64,000 bases of DNA from an archaeon (GTDB lineage Archaea > Thermoplasmatota > Thermoplasmata > JAJSAE01): the NCBI GenBank assembly GCA_024281315.1, contig JAJSAE010000075.1:4222-68221 (forward strand), given 5' to 3'. Made by a program: the position numbers and the translations under genes. Below, piece after piece: positions 43,107-55,997 of the stretch (within the stretch, counting starts at the first letter, position 1; each line of letters opens with the position of its first letter). Under the pieces are notes generated by a model, which saw nothing but the letters and a program-made list of their open reading frames with translations, had not been told where the DNA came from and made no database searches.

Positions 43107-43513
43107 GCCATTGCCCTGACCATTTTAACCGCCGCTTCCACTGCAGCCTTTGCTCTCTCTATTCTCCCTTCTGCCTGCAATCTCGTCATTCCCGGCCCTG
43201 TTATTCCAAGACTTACCGGCTTGTTGTAGTCCAGCGCAAGGTCGGTTATCTTCCTGCTGGCCTGTTGTATAACAATCTCGTCATGGTCCGTTTCCCCCTC
43301 AATAACCGCACCAAGGGTTACAACCGCATCTATCTCCTCTTTTTCCACCAGTTTCTTCACGCCCAGCGGCATATCAAACACGCCGGGCACCTTTAACACC
43401 TCGGTCACATCCGCACCGAGGAACTCCGCATGCGCTTTTGCTCTCTCCAGCATCATCATGGTGATGTCGTAGTTGAACTCACTCACCACGATTCCCAGTC
43501 TTATTTTATCCAT
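43103..43513 (-). CDS. ribH: 6,7-dimethyl-8-ribityllumazine synthase
   Basis: 136 aa. [10 protein letters not shown]...[11 protein letters not shown]...[20 protein letters not shown]. Confidence 0.85.
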   Translation of the reverse strand: MDKIRLGIVVSEFNYDITMMMLERAKAHAEFLGADVTEVLKVPGVFDMPLGVKKLVEKEEIDAVVTLGAVIEGETDHDEIVIQQASRKITDLALDYNKPVSLGITGPGMTRLQAEGRIERAKAAVEAAVKMVRAMA

Positions 43514-43550
43514 TTTTCATACCTCCTTTTTCTTCAATCATCAATCATTA

Positions 43551-47088
<3,538 letters not shown>

Positions 47089-47092
<4 letters not shown>

Positions 47093-47562
47093 TTCTCTAC
47101 CTCCATCTCTTCCATTTTTTGCTGGAATGTGTAGGCCTCTATCACCTTGGCGATTATCTTCCTCGTGCCGTCAAGGTCGTGGTCAAACCTTCCGACCCGG
47201 ATTATTTCCGCATCTATGCCCTTTTCCTTCAGGTCCTTTTTTAGTTTCTCCTCATCGTGCTTCTGGTCGTATCCGAGAGCGATAACATCCGGTCGTATCC
47301 GCTCCACGATTTCGTACGGGTCCGTATCGCTTCCGATGTAGGCCTCGTCCACCGGCTTGAGTGCGGAAATCATCTCCAGCCTCATGTCCTGCGGCGTTAT
47401 CGGGGTGTGGTTCTTCCGCTTCATCACGGTACGATCCGTGGCAACAACGACAACCAGCCAGTCCCCAAGTGCCTTCGCCTCCTGGAGGTAGTGCAGGTGT
47501 CCGGGGTGCAGTATGTCAAAGACCCCCGTGGCCATCACAACTCTCCCTTTTTTCTCATCCAT
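47089..47562 (-). CDS. ribL: FAD synthetase, archaeal type (FMN adenylyltransferase RibL)
   Basis: 157 aa. VMATGVFDILHPGHLHYL nucleotidyltransferase motif, archaeal RibL-like. Its stop overlaps the STAND gene start. Confidence 0.75.
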
Positions 47563-47579
47563 GCACTCACCATAGCCTT

Positions 47580-48299
47580 TCAGGATTTAAGGTATTCTCT
47601 CCATGCCTCAATTATCTCCTGCCCTGTCAGATAGATAAAGCCGTTCTTTTTGCCGTATCTCTCCGCTTCCGTTCTCGAAAGGGCGTTACCGTCATCCCCC
47701 ATCATCTCGCATATGGTTGCCGAAGGCGTAAGACTAGCCATTATCACAAGAGCGGTGGATAACTCGGTGTGACCGAACCTGCTCTCCAGTATTCTCTCCG
47801 ATGTGTTGAGAAGGTGCAAATGGCCCGGGGTCCTGAAATTCTTGCCGAACTCCCTCATGCTCTCTTCTTTTTCATGGCCGCCGGTAAAGTCGCACAGTTT
47901 CGCAAACTCGCTGGCGGTCAGCGCCCTGTCGTTATCTGTTATGCCTGTGTATGTCCTTCTGTAGTTGATTGTGATGGAAAACGCGGATTTGGTATCGTAG
48001 GGGATATCGGTGGGTGAGAGAAGGGAAAGGAGAGGGTAGGTTTTCGAGGCTTCGGTATTTACATCCACCATGAACGGGAGGCCCAGCTTCTCCCTCACCT
48101 CAAAGGGCACGGTGGTGCAGATGAGGCCGCCGCCGTCCCTGCGCATACGCCTTATCCGGTCCGGGGTGATGAACTGCGAGGCATAGACAAAGTCCGTTTC
48201 CTCCTCTCTTCCGTCTGCATCATATACGAGTACCGGTTCTCCCCTGCGAAGGGATTCAAGGGCCTTCTCAACTCTGGGGTTCATGAGTGAGGATGGCAC
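47580..48299 (-). CDS. ribB: 3,4-dihydroxy-2-butanone 4-phosphate synthase
   Basis: 239 aa. ALESLRRGEPVLVYDADGREEETDFVYASQFITPDRIRRMRRDGGGLICT. Confidence 0.85.
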   Translation of the reverse strand: MPSSLMNPRVEKALESLRRGEPVLVYDADGREEETDFVYASQFITPDRIRRMRRDGGGLICTTVPFEVREKLGLPFMVDVNTEASKTYPLLSLLSPTDIPYDTKSAFSITINYRRTYTGITDNDRALTASEFAKLCDFTGGHEKEESMREFGKNFRTPGHLHLLNTSERILESRFGHTELSTALVIMASLTPSATICEMMGDDGNALSRTEAERYGKKNGFIYLTGQEIIEAWREYLKS

Positions 48300-48338
48300 A
48301 GGGTATTAATAGATTTTCGGTAATTACTGATTTTTCGG

Positions 48339-48803
48339 TTAATCCGCTTTCTTCTCCATCCTGTGTGCGTGTTCGTTAAGTCCGTAGTAGTGCTCAAGTT
48401 TTCCGGCAACCACATATCCCAGAGACTCGTATAGCGAGATGGCCGCCCTGTTCTTTACGGCCACCTCCAGCGAGAACGAAGAGGCACCGGCTTCCCTCAT
48501 AATTGTTTCGGCCTCTTCCATAAGCCTTCGTGCAAGACCCTGATTCCTGTACTTTTCAAGGACAGAAACGGAGGCCACGCGGCCAACCTTTCCCTTCTCC
48601 GTATTCTGCACCACGAACATGATGGCCCCCATCGCCGTGCTGGCATGGCCCGGCGGCTCAGTGAAGGATAGAAGGGTGTAGGCCCCGTCGGCGAGGATGA
48701 AATCAACGAGGAACGGAATTGGGAATCTGCGATACTCGAAGCACTCCTTCTCCAGACGGTCCATAGCGGGGAGGTCGTCAAGTCCTGCGAAGCGGAGAAT
48801 CAT
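48339..48803 (-). CDS. GNAT N-acetyltransferase (RimI-like)
   Basis: 154 aa. VSVLEKYRNQGLARRLMEEAE (motif A Q/RxxGxA) and SLYESLGY (motif B). Confidence 0.7.
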   Translation of the reverse strand: MILRFAGLDDLPAMDRLEKECFEYRRFPIPFLVDFILADGAYTLLSFTEPPGHASTAMGAIMFVVQNTEKGKVGRVASVSVLEKYRNQGLARRLMEEAETIMREAGASSFSLEVAVKNRAAISLYESLGYVVAGKLEHYYGLNEHAHRMEKKAD

Positions 48804-48909
48804 AGATGGAGAATGGAGAGGGGGTATTTGTGGATTTCCGCTATCAACCCTGATAATTACCGCAGTTTTCTTAAATACTCTCTTCCTGAGTCTTCAGGCA
48901 GGTGACACA

Positions 48910-49293
48910 ATGCTTACGACAGACTATGTTAAAGAACAGGTGCGGAGAAAGGCGGAAGAACTCATGATGACCGACAGAGTCGGGAACATCGAACCTTTCA
49001 GTGAGAATCTTATGCGAATGATTATCTGTGCGAGGCCTCACGGCCATTCGCATGAAAGATACATTCTGGCCATTGAAGAAGGAGTTCTGACGGCAAAGGG
49101 AAATGACAACGGGAAGCAGAGAGCCCTGATACTCTCTCTTCGCGGCTCAAGGCGGGCCCTTAACACCTTTGTCCCCACCTTTGAGAGAATGCTGGAGCAT
49201 AAGGATTCGGCTGCGGCGGATGCTGTCAGGAACGCCCTGTTCTTTGGGAGAAGCATGGTCTACGGCGGCAAGAGCTGGACATCCCGACTTTGA
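48910..49293 (+). CDS. hypothetical protein (127 aa)
   Basis: Internal ATG MLTTDYVKEQ... of the ORF-track ORF 48697-49293. The upstream part overlaps the convergent GNAT gene and is unlikely to be coding. Confidence 0.35.
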   Translation: MLTTDYVKEQVRRKAEELMMTDRVGNIEPFSENLMRMIICARPHGHSHERYILAIEEGVLTAKGNDNGKQRALILSLRGSRRALNTFVPTFERMLEHKDSAAADAVRNALFFGRSMVYGGKSWTSRL

Positions 49294-49345
49294 GTGAGGA
49301 ATGCCAAGGTTTTTAAGGAATAATCCCTTCTAAGGCCCGTATAAA

Positions 49346-50044
49346 ATGACCGTAGAAGAGGAATTCATAGACTTTATCGTCGGTGCCCTGATGAAGGGGC
49401 AAAGTGTTGACAGCATCGTTTCCGGCCTTGTTGCCGGCGGCATGGCAGAGGAGGATGCAACGGCGACGGTTACCAACATTAACGAGCAGCTGCGCTCCAG
49501 CGAGTTTCACGAGATAATGGCGGCAATCGAGAGGGAACTGGAAGGAGGAAAAAGTGTGGAAGATGTGGTGGCCGACATAGTAGCGTCAGGAATCCCCGAA
49601 GAAAAGGCAAGGCCGGTGGTCCTGATGCTGGCCATGCAAATTATCATGAAAAGAGGGGATGCGGAGGCATTTATTGGCTCTCTCATAAATGCCTTGATTA
49701 TTATTGGGAAACGGAAGGAGCTGGAAGAGAATCTGAAGAGGTTCGGAATCCCCGATGATATCTCCGAGTCCACTCTTAAGGGGATAGAGGCCCTTGCCTC
49801 TCCCGTCGAAAAAGAGGACAGGGGCGAGAATACTGCTCTTAGAGTTATGGAGGACTTCGTAAGGATTCGGGAAGCGCTGGAAAACGGCAGAAAGGAAGAG
49901 ATGCTGGACATCCTTGTCTCCGAGGGATTCGAGAGAGAAACAATGGAAAACTTTATGAGTGCCGCCGATTACTTCATCATGCTTGAAAAGAATGCGAGGG
50001 ATACAGATGTCAAAGAGAAAAACGAACAGGGAAGAACAGATTGA
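49346..50044 (+). CDS. hypothetical acidic protein with internal duplicated segment
   Basis: 232 aa. Repeats G(Q/K)SV(D/E)(S/D)(I/V)V(S/A)..VA(G/S)G(M/I)(A/P)EE. Confidence 0.35.
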   Translation: MTVEEEFIDFIVGALMKGQSVDSIVSGLVAGGMAEEDATATVTNINEQLRSSEFHEIMAAIERELEGGKSVEDVVADIVASGIPEEKARPVVLMLAMQIIMKRGDAEAFIGSLINALIIIGKRKELEENLKRFGIPDDISESTLKGIEALASPVEKEDRGENTALRVMEDFVRIREALENGRKEEMLDILVSEGFERETMENFMSAADYFIMLEKNARDTDVKEKNEQGRTD

Positions 50045-50687
50045 TTCTGACGGAATAAGCCTCATAAACATTATAATACCAGTTCTGGTAGTAGTAGTAA
50101 TGGTGGTGGCTGGGCTGGCGTTGAAACCTGTTCTATTCCCCTCGAACGGAGATGATAATGTGCCTACTGGAAACAATCCTGCCGCGGGAACGGCAGCTGG
50201 AAACCCCACGGTCACCATGGTGACCAGCAAAGGGACAATAGTAATGGAAGTCTACAAGGACAAAGTGCCGACAACGGCGGATAACTTTCTGAAACTGGCA
50301 AAGAGTGGGTTCTATGACGGTATGATATTCCACAGAGTGATAGATAACTTCGTCATTCAAACCGGAGGATATGACCCCGGAATGGTCGCGAAGCAGTCCC
50401 CCTACGGAACGATACCTCTTGAAATAGACCAGAATTTGACGCATGTGGACGGTGCGGTAGGGATGGCAAGAACAAAGGACCCGAACAGCGCCACCAGCCA
50501 GTTTTACATCTGTGACGGAGCACAGCACTCCCTCGACGGCCAGTATGCGGTATTCGCTCAGGTAACATCGGGCATGGATGTTGTCAGAGCCATAGCAGCC
50601 AGCCCCACTCATACGGATCCAAATACCGGAATGACTGATGTGCCGGTTGACGACATAACCGTAATAAGCATGACCGTGAACGAGTAG
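50007..50687 (+). CDS. membrane-anchored cyclophilin-type peptidyl-prolyl cis-trans isomerase
   Basis: N-terminal TM anchor (ISLINIIIPVLVVVVMVVAGLAL), then VTMVTSKGTIVMEVYKDKVPTTADNF...FHRVIDNFVIQTGGYD...SQFYICDG cyclophilin motifs. Start chosen at MSKRK. Confidence 0.8.
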   Translation: MSKRKTNREEQIDSDGISLINIIIPVLVVVVMVVAGLALKPVLFPSNGDDNVPTGNNPAAGTAAGNPTVTMVTSKGTIVMEVYKDKVPTTADNFLKLAKSGFYDGMIFHRVIDNFVIQTGGYDPGMVAKQSPYGTIPLEIDQNLTHVDGAVGMARTKDPNSATSQFYICDGAQHSLDGQYAVFAQVTSGMDVVRAIAASPTHTDPNTGMTDVPVDDITVISMTVNE

Positions 50688-50793
50688 AAAAACATAAAAC
50701 CCTCCTTTCCCAATTATACCTCTGTTGTCGGGAGGGGCAGCTAGATGGGCGGCAGCTTTATATCCCTCTTTATGATGACAGTGCGGTGAAATC

Positions 50794-51135
50794 ATGTATC
50801 TCTCAGACATAGAGTCGACAAAGAAGGAAAAAGTGGAGATGGAAGGGGCAGAAGGCGTCTGGATACAGTGGCTTATTGCCAACAAGAACGGAGCAGAGAA
50901 CTATGCCATGCGTCTGTTCACCCTTGAAAAAGGCGGAAAAATACCGAGACATCAGCATCCATGGGAGCACGAGATTCTCTTTTTAGAAGGGGAGGGAATC
51001 GTGGGGGCCGGCGAGGATGAGAAAAAGGTAGAGGCGGGAAACTTCGCCTACATTGAGCCGGATATTCCACACTGGTATCGAAATACCGGTGATGGCGAAT
51101 GGAAGTTTCTGTGCATAATACCGATTAAGGAATAG
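50794..51135 (+). CDS. cupin-domain protein
   Basis: 113 aa. PRHQHPWEHEILFLEGEG...AYIEPDIPHWYRN is the two-motif cupin signature. Confidence 0.65.
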   Translation: MYLSDIESTKKEKVEMEGAEGVWIQWLIANKNGAENYAMRLFTLEKGGKIPRHQHPWEHEILFLEGEGIVGAGEDEKKVEAGNFAYIEPDIPHWYRNTGDGEWKFLCIIPIKE

Positions 51136-51151
51136 GATGAGGCAGGCAGGT

Positions 51152-51316
51152 CTAACAGCCCCCGCCTCCTCTCTCTTCCACTATATATCTGCCGGGGCTG
51201 TATGCAAACTCTTTTCTGCATTTTTCCGAGCAGAAGTAGTACATTCTTCCGTGGTATTCATAGTAATGTTCACTATCTGGCCTGACTTTCTTTCCACATA
51301 CGGGGTCATACGGCAT
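51152..51316 (-). CDS. YHS/TRASH-domain metal-binding small protein
   Basis: 54 aa from MPYDPVCGKKV...YYFCSEKCRKEF. Its start lies 1 nt downstream of the iscU stop. Confidence 0.6.
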   Translation of the reverse strand: MPYDPVCGKKVRPDSEHYYEYHGRMYYFCSEKCRKEFAYSPGRYIVEERGGGGC

Positions 51317-51317
51317 A

Positions 51318-51929
51318 TTATTCCTCCTTAATTTCAACATTAACATCCATCTTCTCGAAGACCTCTTCCACATTGGAGAGGATTTCCTCTCTGTGCTCCT
51401 CGCTGCTGATGTGCAATAGAAGGTTTAAGTTTCTGCCGGAAATCTCTATCTTTTTCACCGTACCCGAGTTTATCAGATCTTTGTCGGTGCTTGGGTCAAG
51501 AATCCCTCTGAGCAGTGTTTTTACGAAATCCTCTGTCAAATCCTTCTTGCCATTCATATAATCCCACTTGTTAAGTGCTATCTTTAGGGCCTGTACCGCC
51601 AGAACCGCACAGTGATACTTTATCTTCGGGAGACCGCCGAGTGCGGTTATCTCGTCCCGGAATGTCAATTCACGGGCGTATTCCAGCGTTTTCCCTCTGA
51701 TCATCTCGGTTATCATGGAACTCGTGGCGATGTTGGCCACGCAGCCGTAGGATTCGAATGTAACCCTCTCGATTGTTTCGTTCTCTCTGTCTATTTTCAG
51801 ATACAGTTTCAGCATGTCTCCACAGGCCACGCTCCCGGCAATTGCGGTAATGTCGGCATCCTCCATGACCCCTGCGTTCTTGGGCTGCATAAACAGTTCC
51901 TTAACCTTTAAAGAGTATCCCGTCTTCAT
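51318..51929 (-). CDS. iscU: IscU/NifU-type Fe-S cluster scaffold with C-terminal extra domain
   Basis: 203 aa. GSVACGDMLKL...ESYGCVANIATSS...YHCAVLAVQALK, the three-Cys scaffold pattern. Confidence 0.8.
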   Translation of the reverse strand: MKTGYSLKVKELFMQPKNAGVMEDADITAIAGSVACGDMLKLYLKIDRENETIERVTFESYGCVANIATSSMITEMIRGKTLEYARELTFRDEITALGGLPKIKYHCAVLAVQALKIALNKWDYMNGKKDLTEDFVKTLLRGILDPSTDKDLINSGTVKKIEISGRNLNLLLHISSEEHREEILSNVEEVFEKMDVNVEIKEE

Positions 51930-51930
51930 T

Positions 51931-53100
51931 CTATTTCCTCCTGTTTCTGTAAAGAGGGCTGATTTGCCTCAGTTTTTCTATTACGAATCTCATTGTCTCC
52001 GCTGCCCGGTCCATTTCCTCCGCGGTGTTGTATATAGACAGCCCGAACCGTGTGGACGAATTGGCCTGCTCCGCACCCTTGCCAATGGCCGATATTACAT
52101 AGCTGTACTTCAACGCGGGGTTGAAGCAGGCTGATCCGGTTCTAACGATAAGGCCCTTCTCACTCGCCAGCATGAGGACCGCTTCCCCTTCCACGCCTCT
52201 GAATGATATGTTCACATTATCCACTACGCGATATTTATGGGGGCCGTTGAGCTCGGAGTCCGGTATTTCCAGCAGGGCGTTCGTGAGGCGGTCCCTCATT
52301 AGTCTGACTCTCTCCACATCCTCTTTCCTTGCTTCCTTTACCGCTTCTGCCAGACCTGCGATTGCGGGCATGTTGGGATTTCCGCCCCTCTTGCCGAATT
52401 CTCTCAAATCTCCGTGAAGGAGCGGTTCAAGTTTCATGCCTTCTCTTACGAAAAGGGCTCCGCTTCCGAGCGGTGCGTGAATCAGATGGCCGGATATGGT
52501 CAGCAAGTCCACATTGAGCCTGCTAACATCTATCTTTTCCCTCAGGAAGGAATGACTGGCGTCCGTGTGAAATATGACTCCTTCGTCATCTGCAATATCT
52601 CCGACGGCCTTAATGTCCTGAACGGTTCCAATCTCCTGATTTGCGTGTTGAACCGACAGAAATGATGCGCCTTTGATGTTCTCCTTCAGTTCTTCAATGT
52701 TGATAAACCCCTCGGAATCCACACCGATACGCACGGCCTCATGCCCCCTGCTCTCAAGATATTTGAACGAGGCTAGAATACACTTCCTCTCAATGGCGGA
52801 TGTTACTATTTTCTGTTTGCCAGAGTGCTTTTCCATATATCCTACAGTGCCCTTAACCGCAAAATTATTTCCCTCGGTAACTCCCGATGTGAAGATTATT
52901 TCCTCGGGTTTTGCACCGATTTTTCCGGCGATTGTCTCTCTGGCTTTCCATATGGCATCTCCCGCTTCTTCCTCGAAAAGATGGCCGAACTCTCCGCCGG
53001 GGACGCCGTAACTAATCAGATAACGCTCTTTCATGGCCTCGAACACCCGGTCCGAGACCCTTGTCACATTCCCGTTATCGAGATAGATTACTTCCGCCAT
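51931..53100 (-). CDS. iscS: IscS/NifS-family cysteine desulfurase homologue lacking the PLP-binding lysine
   Basis: 389 aa. TSGVTEGNNFA, HTDASHS and RTGSACFNPALKYSY (catalytic Cys loop) are present. Where the conserved SGHK sits, the sequence reads ISGHLIHAPLGSGALF (Lys to Leu). Confidence 0.8.
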   Translation of the reverse strand: MAEVIYLDNGNVTRVSDRVFEAMKERYLISYGVPGGEFGHLFEEEAGDAIWKARETIAGKIGAKPEEIIFTSGVTEGNNFAVKGTVGYMEKHSGKQKIVTSAIERKCILASFKYLESRGHEAVRIGVDSEGFINIEELKENIKGASFLSVQHANQEIGTVQDIKAVGDIADDEGVIFHTDASHSFLREKIDVSRLNVDLLTISGHLIHAPLGSGALFVREGMKLEPLLHGDLREFGKRGGNPNMPAIAGLAEAVKEARKEDVERVRLMRDRLTNALLEIPDSELNGPHKYRVVDNVNISFRGVEGEAVLMLASEKGLIVRTGSACFNPALKYSYVISAIGKGAEQANSSTRFGLSIYNTAEEMDRAAETMRFVIEKLRQISPLYRNRRK

Positions 53101-53207
53101 GATTATTCTACCGACAGGTATTATTTAATACTTTTTGGACAGGTCTGCCCTCCTGCCTCGGAGAACAGCGGCCAAACCCGTTAAATATCTCCTGTCTATC
53201 CGCATGC

Positions 53208-55100
53208 ATGGGTTCCGTATACCTCGGCAAAATACACCTTCGGTGGTGTCATTCGTGCAATCTACCTATACTGGAGGAGAAGGAGTGCCCGGTATGCGGT
53301 GCGCCCACGATGCCGGTGGAAATCACGCCGCCGGGGGATGCAAGGCCCGCCTTTTCCGGGGATATAGAACTCATAAGGCGGATTGTGAACTCTCAGTTTG
53401 GAGAGGGAACAGGGAGGTCCCTCCTCCCGGATGATGCCCTTGTGATTATGAACCGCGCACCGGACCTTGACCGGATGGACGAGGTGATTGCGGACGGAGA
53501 GGTGCTGGGAAGCCTGAGGTACGATATTGTTCGGGGCTTTGAGTTCCTGCCCCGGGCAGCGGGAGCACTCAGACTCTCCAAAACGGCTTCAAAAGGCATT
53601 GTCAATATGGACGAAGGGGCATATGGGCCGGTGATAAAAGGGGCCAGCGCCCTTGCCGTCGGGGTGCTTTCGGCAGATCCAGAGATAAAGAGCGGCCAGC
53701 AGGTCCTCTTGAAATGCTGCGGGAGGATATTTGCAGGCGGAAGAGCGAAGATGGACGCTTCCGAAATGCTGGAAGGCGGTGCGAGGGGGAGTGCGGTAAA
53801 GGTCAGATGGACTATTCCGGAGGATATGCGGCGAGAGGTGCGGAAGCAGCCCGGATGGGGTGATGTCGTCACGGCCAACAAAGTGGTTATCGACAGAAGG
53901 GTGAAAGAGGCGATTTCTTTCGTAAAGGAGCAGACAGAGAAGTGCAGGGGAACTGTGGCTGTTTCCTACAGTGGGGGAAAGGACAGTCTGGCCACGCTAT
54001 CCCTTGTGTTGGAAGCCGGCATAAAGCCGGAGATGTTCTTCATAAATACCGGAATAGAACTGCCGGAAACCGTGGAGAATGCGGAACTTGTCTCGCGTCA
54101 CTTTTCGCTCCTCTTGAAGATCGCCGATGCGGGGAACGCCTTCTGGCGCGCACTGGAGTACTTCGGTCCACCCGGAAAGGACCACCGCTGGTGCTGCAAG
54201 ACATGCAAACTCGGCCCCACGGTTCAGGCCATAAAAAGCGACTTTGACGGTGAGCTCCTCTCGTTCATCGGCCAGAGAGGGTACGAATCCAAGCAGAGAA
54301 AGAACAAAGGGGAGACATGGGAGAACCCCTGGACCCCCGGACAGCACGGCGCATCCCCGATACAGCACTGGACAGCGCTCCATGTCTGGCTTTACATATT
54401 CGACAGAAAACTCCCTTACAACATCTGGTACGAGAGGGGAATGGAAAGGGTGGGGTGCTTCTTATGCCCCACGATGGACCTCGGAGAAGCGGAGATTTTG
54501 AGAGAGGAATACCCGGAATACAGGAAATGGGAGGATTACCTTAAGGATTACTTTGAGAAGAGGGGGCTTGGCGATGAATGGGTAAGATACGGACTGTGGC
54601 GGTGGAAACGCCCGCCCGAATCAATACTGAAACGGCTTGAGGAGGAGGGGATATCCATCTCCCTGCCCGCCGGGAAAAGAAAGGGGAATGTACGGAAACT
54701 CGCACCGACAAGGGATAAAAGCGGGACGCTTCTGGCCTTCGGCGGCCCCTTTGATATGGAAACCGTGGCCCCGTTCCTGAACATACTCTCTCCCACTTCC
54801 AGGGGGGGCGATGGCTCCGTTCTGCTGGAAAAGAGTGCGGCCTGCCTCACCCTGCATCCGGACGGGAGCATAACAGTGAAAGACCCGGAGAAGCCGTACA
54901 AAAAGGACCTGCGCCTGCTGGAAGAGTTGATATACCGCGCCTCGGAGTGTGTGGGATGCGGAATCTGTCCCGGAAGGTGTCCCACCGGGGCCCTTGACAT
55001 GGCAGGCGGCAGAATAACGATAGATGTTGAGAAGTGCGCACACTGCTCCCTCTGTCTGGAAGGGCCGTGCCCGGTGGTGGACTTCGGGCATCGTCTGTAA
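53208..55100 (+). CDS. PAPS-reductase/PP-loop superfamily protein with N-terminal Zn-ribbon region and C-terminal 2x[4Fe-4S] ferredoxin-type domain
   Basis: 630 aa. CHSCN...CPVCG ribbon, PP-loop VAVSYSGGKDSLATL, CxxC pair HRWCCKTCKLGP, C-terminal CVGCGICPGRCP...CAHCSLCLEGPCP. Confidence 0.55.
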   Translation: MGSVYLGKIHLRWCHSCNLPILEEKECPVCGAPTMPVEITPPGDARPAFSGDIELIRRIVNSQFGEGTGRSLLPDDALVIMNRAPDLDRMDEVIADGEVLGSLRYDIVRGFEFLPRAAGALRLSKTASKGIVNMDEGAYGPVIKGASALAVGVLSADPEIKSGQQVLLKCCGRIFAGGRAKMDASEMLEGGARGSAVKVRWTIPEDMRREVRKQPGWGDVVTANKVVIDRRVKEAISFVKEQTEKCRGTVAVSYSGGKDSLATLSLVLEAGIKPEMFFINTGIELPETVENAELVSRHFSLLLKIADAGNAFWRALEYFGPPGKDHRWCCKTCKLGPTVQAIKSDFDGELLSFIGQRGYESKQRKNKGETWENPWTPGQHGASPIQHWTALHVWLYIFDRKLPYNIWYERGMERVGCFLCPTMDLGEAEILREEYPEYRKWEDYLKDYFEKRGLGDEWVRYGLWRWKRPPESILKRLEEEGISISLPAGKRKGNVRKLAPTRDKSGTLLAFGGPFDMETVAPFLNILSPTSRGGDGSVLLEKSAACLTLHPDGSITVKDPEKPYKKDLRLLEELIYRASECVGCGICPGRCPTGALDMAGGRITIDVEKCAHCSLCLEGPCPVVDFGHRL

Positions 55101-55159
55101 CGGAACATAGTGATATTGAGGCAGGCAAATTCATAAATAACACACCGCAATCCCTCATC

Positions 55160-55963
55160 ATGCACGGAAAGAGCGGCCTTGTCTTTATTGGTCTCGGAAT
55201 AAACGACGAAATGGACATTACGGTAAAGGGGCTGGATGCGGCCAGAGAGTGCGGCTGCCTCTTTTCCGAGTTCTACACTGCGGCCCTCATGGGAAGCACC
55301 CCGGAAAGGCTGGAGGAAATGATCGGCAGACCGGTGATTTCTCTCACCCGGGAGGATGTGGAAAGCGGAGACCTGATACTGGAAAAGGCGAAGAATGAGA
55401 GGGTCGGCCTTCTTACTGCGGGAGACCCCATGGCAGCCACCACCCATGCAGACCTAAGGTTAAGGGCGGAAAATGAGGGGATTCCCACGGAGGTCATAAA
55501 CGGCATATCCATCCTTGTGGCTGCGCCGTCTGCCCTCGGCCTTCAGCACTATAAATTCGGAAGAACCACCACCATACCGTTCGTTGAGCAGGGATACTTT
55601 CCCACCAGTCCCTATGAGGCGTTAATAAAAAACTTCGAGGCGGGGCTTCACACCCTTGTCCTTCTGGACATTCACTCCGATGAGGGGCGGTATCTAACGG
55701 CAGACGAGGCCATGAAGACACTTCTTCTTATGGAGAAGAAGGCGGGCGGGAACTTCTTTGAGGAACATCCCCTTATATGCGGCCTCGGTCGTATCGGCTC
55801 GGATGCGGCCGTAATAAGGTGCGGAGACATTCATTCTCTTAAAGAGAAGGACTTCGGCCCTCCGCTACACTGCATCGTCATTCCCGGGCCGCTTCATTAC
55901 ATGGAAAAAGAGGCGCTGAAAATCCTCGGGAATACACCCGAAAAACTGCTGGATGATTATTAG
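55160..55963 (+). CDS. dph5: diphthine synthase
   Basis: Start MHGKSGLVFIGLG. LLTAGDPMAATTHADL and the tetrapyrrole-methylase fold pattern typical of Dph5. The ORF-track ORF is N-terminally extended. Confidence 0.8.
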   Translation: MHGKSGLVFIGLGINDEMDITVKGLDAARECGCLFSEFYTAALMGSTPERLEEMIGRPVISLTREDVESGDLILEKAKNERVGLLTAGDPMAATTHADLRLRAENEGIPTEVINGISILVAAPSALGLQHYKFGRTTTIPFVEQGYFPTSPYEALIKNFEAGLHTLVLLDIHSDEGRYLTADEAMKTLLLMEKKAGGNFFEEHPLICGLGRIGSDAAVIRCGDIHSLKEKDFGPPLHCIVIPGPLHYMEKEALKILGNTPEKLLDDY

Positions 55964-55997
55964 ACCATATGCGTATCGGATATATCGGTGTATATCC

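Noticed and set aside
50688-50793. Possible hairpin (ccctcc...gggaggg) after the cyclophilin gene, considered as a terminator
   Set aside because: The stem is short and archaeal terminators are usually oligo-T tracts. I did not call it with any confidence.
53393-55447. Minus-strand ORFs 53393-53881, 53997-54383, 54548-55447 and 54621-55091
   Set aside because: They are antisense to the PP-loop/ferredoxin gene and dph5. They have Pro/Arg/Ser-rich composition typical of GC-rich antisense frames.
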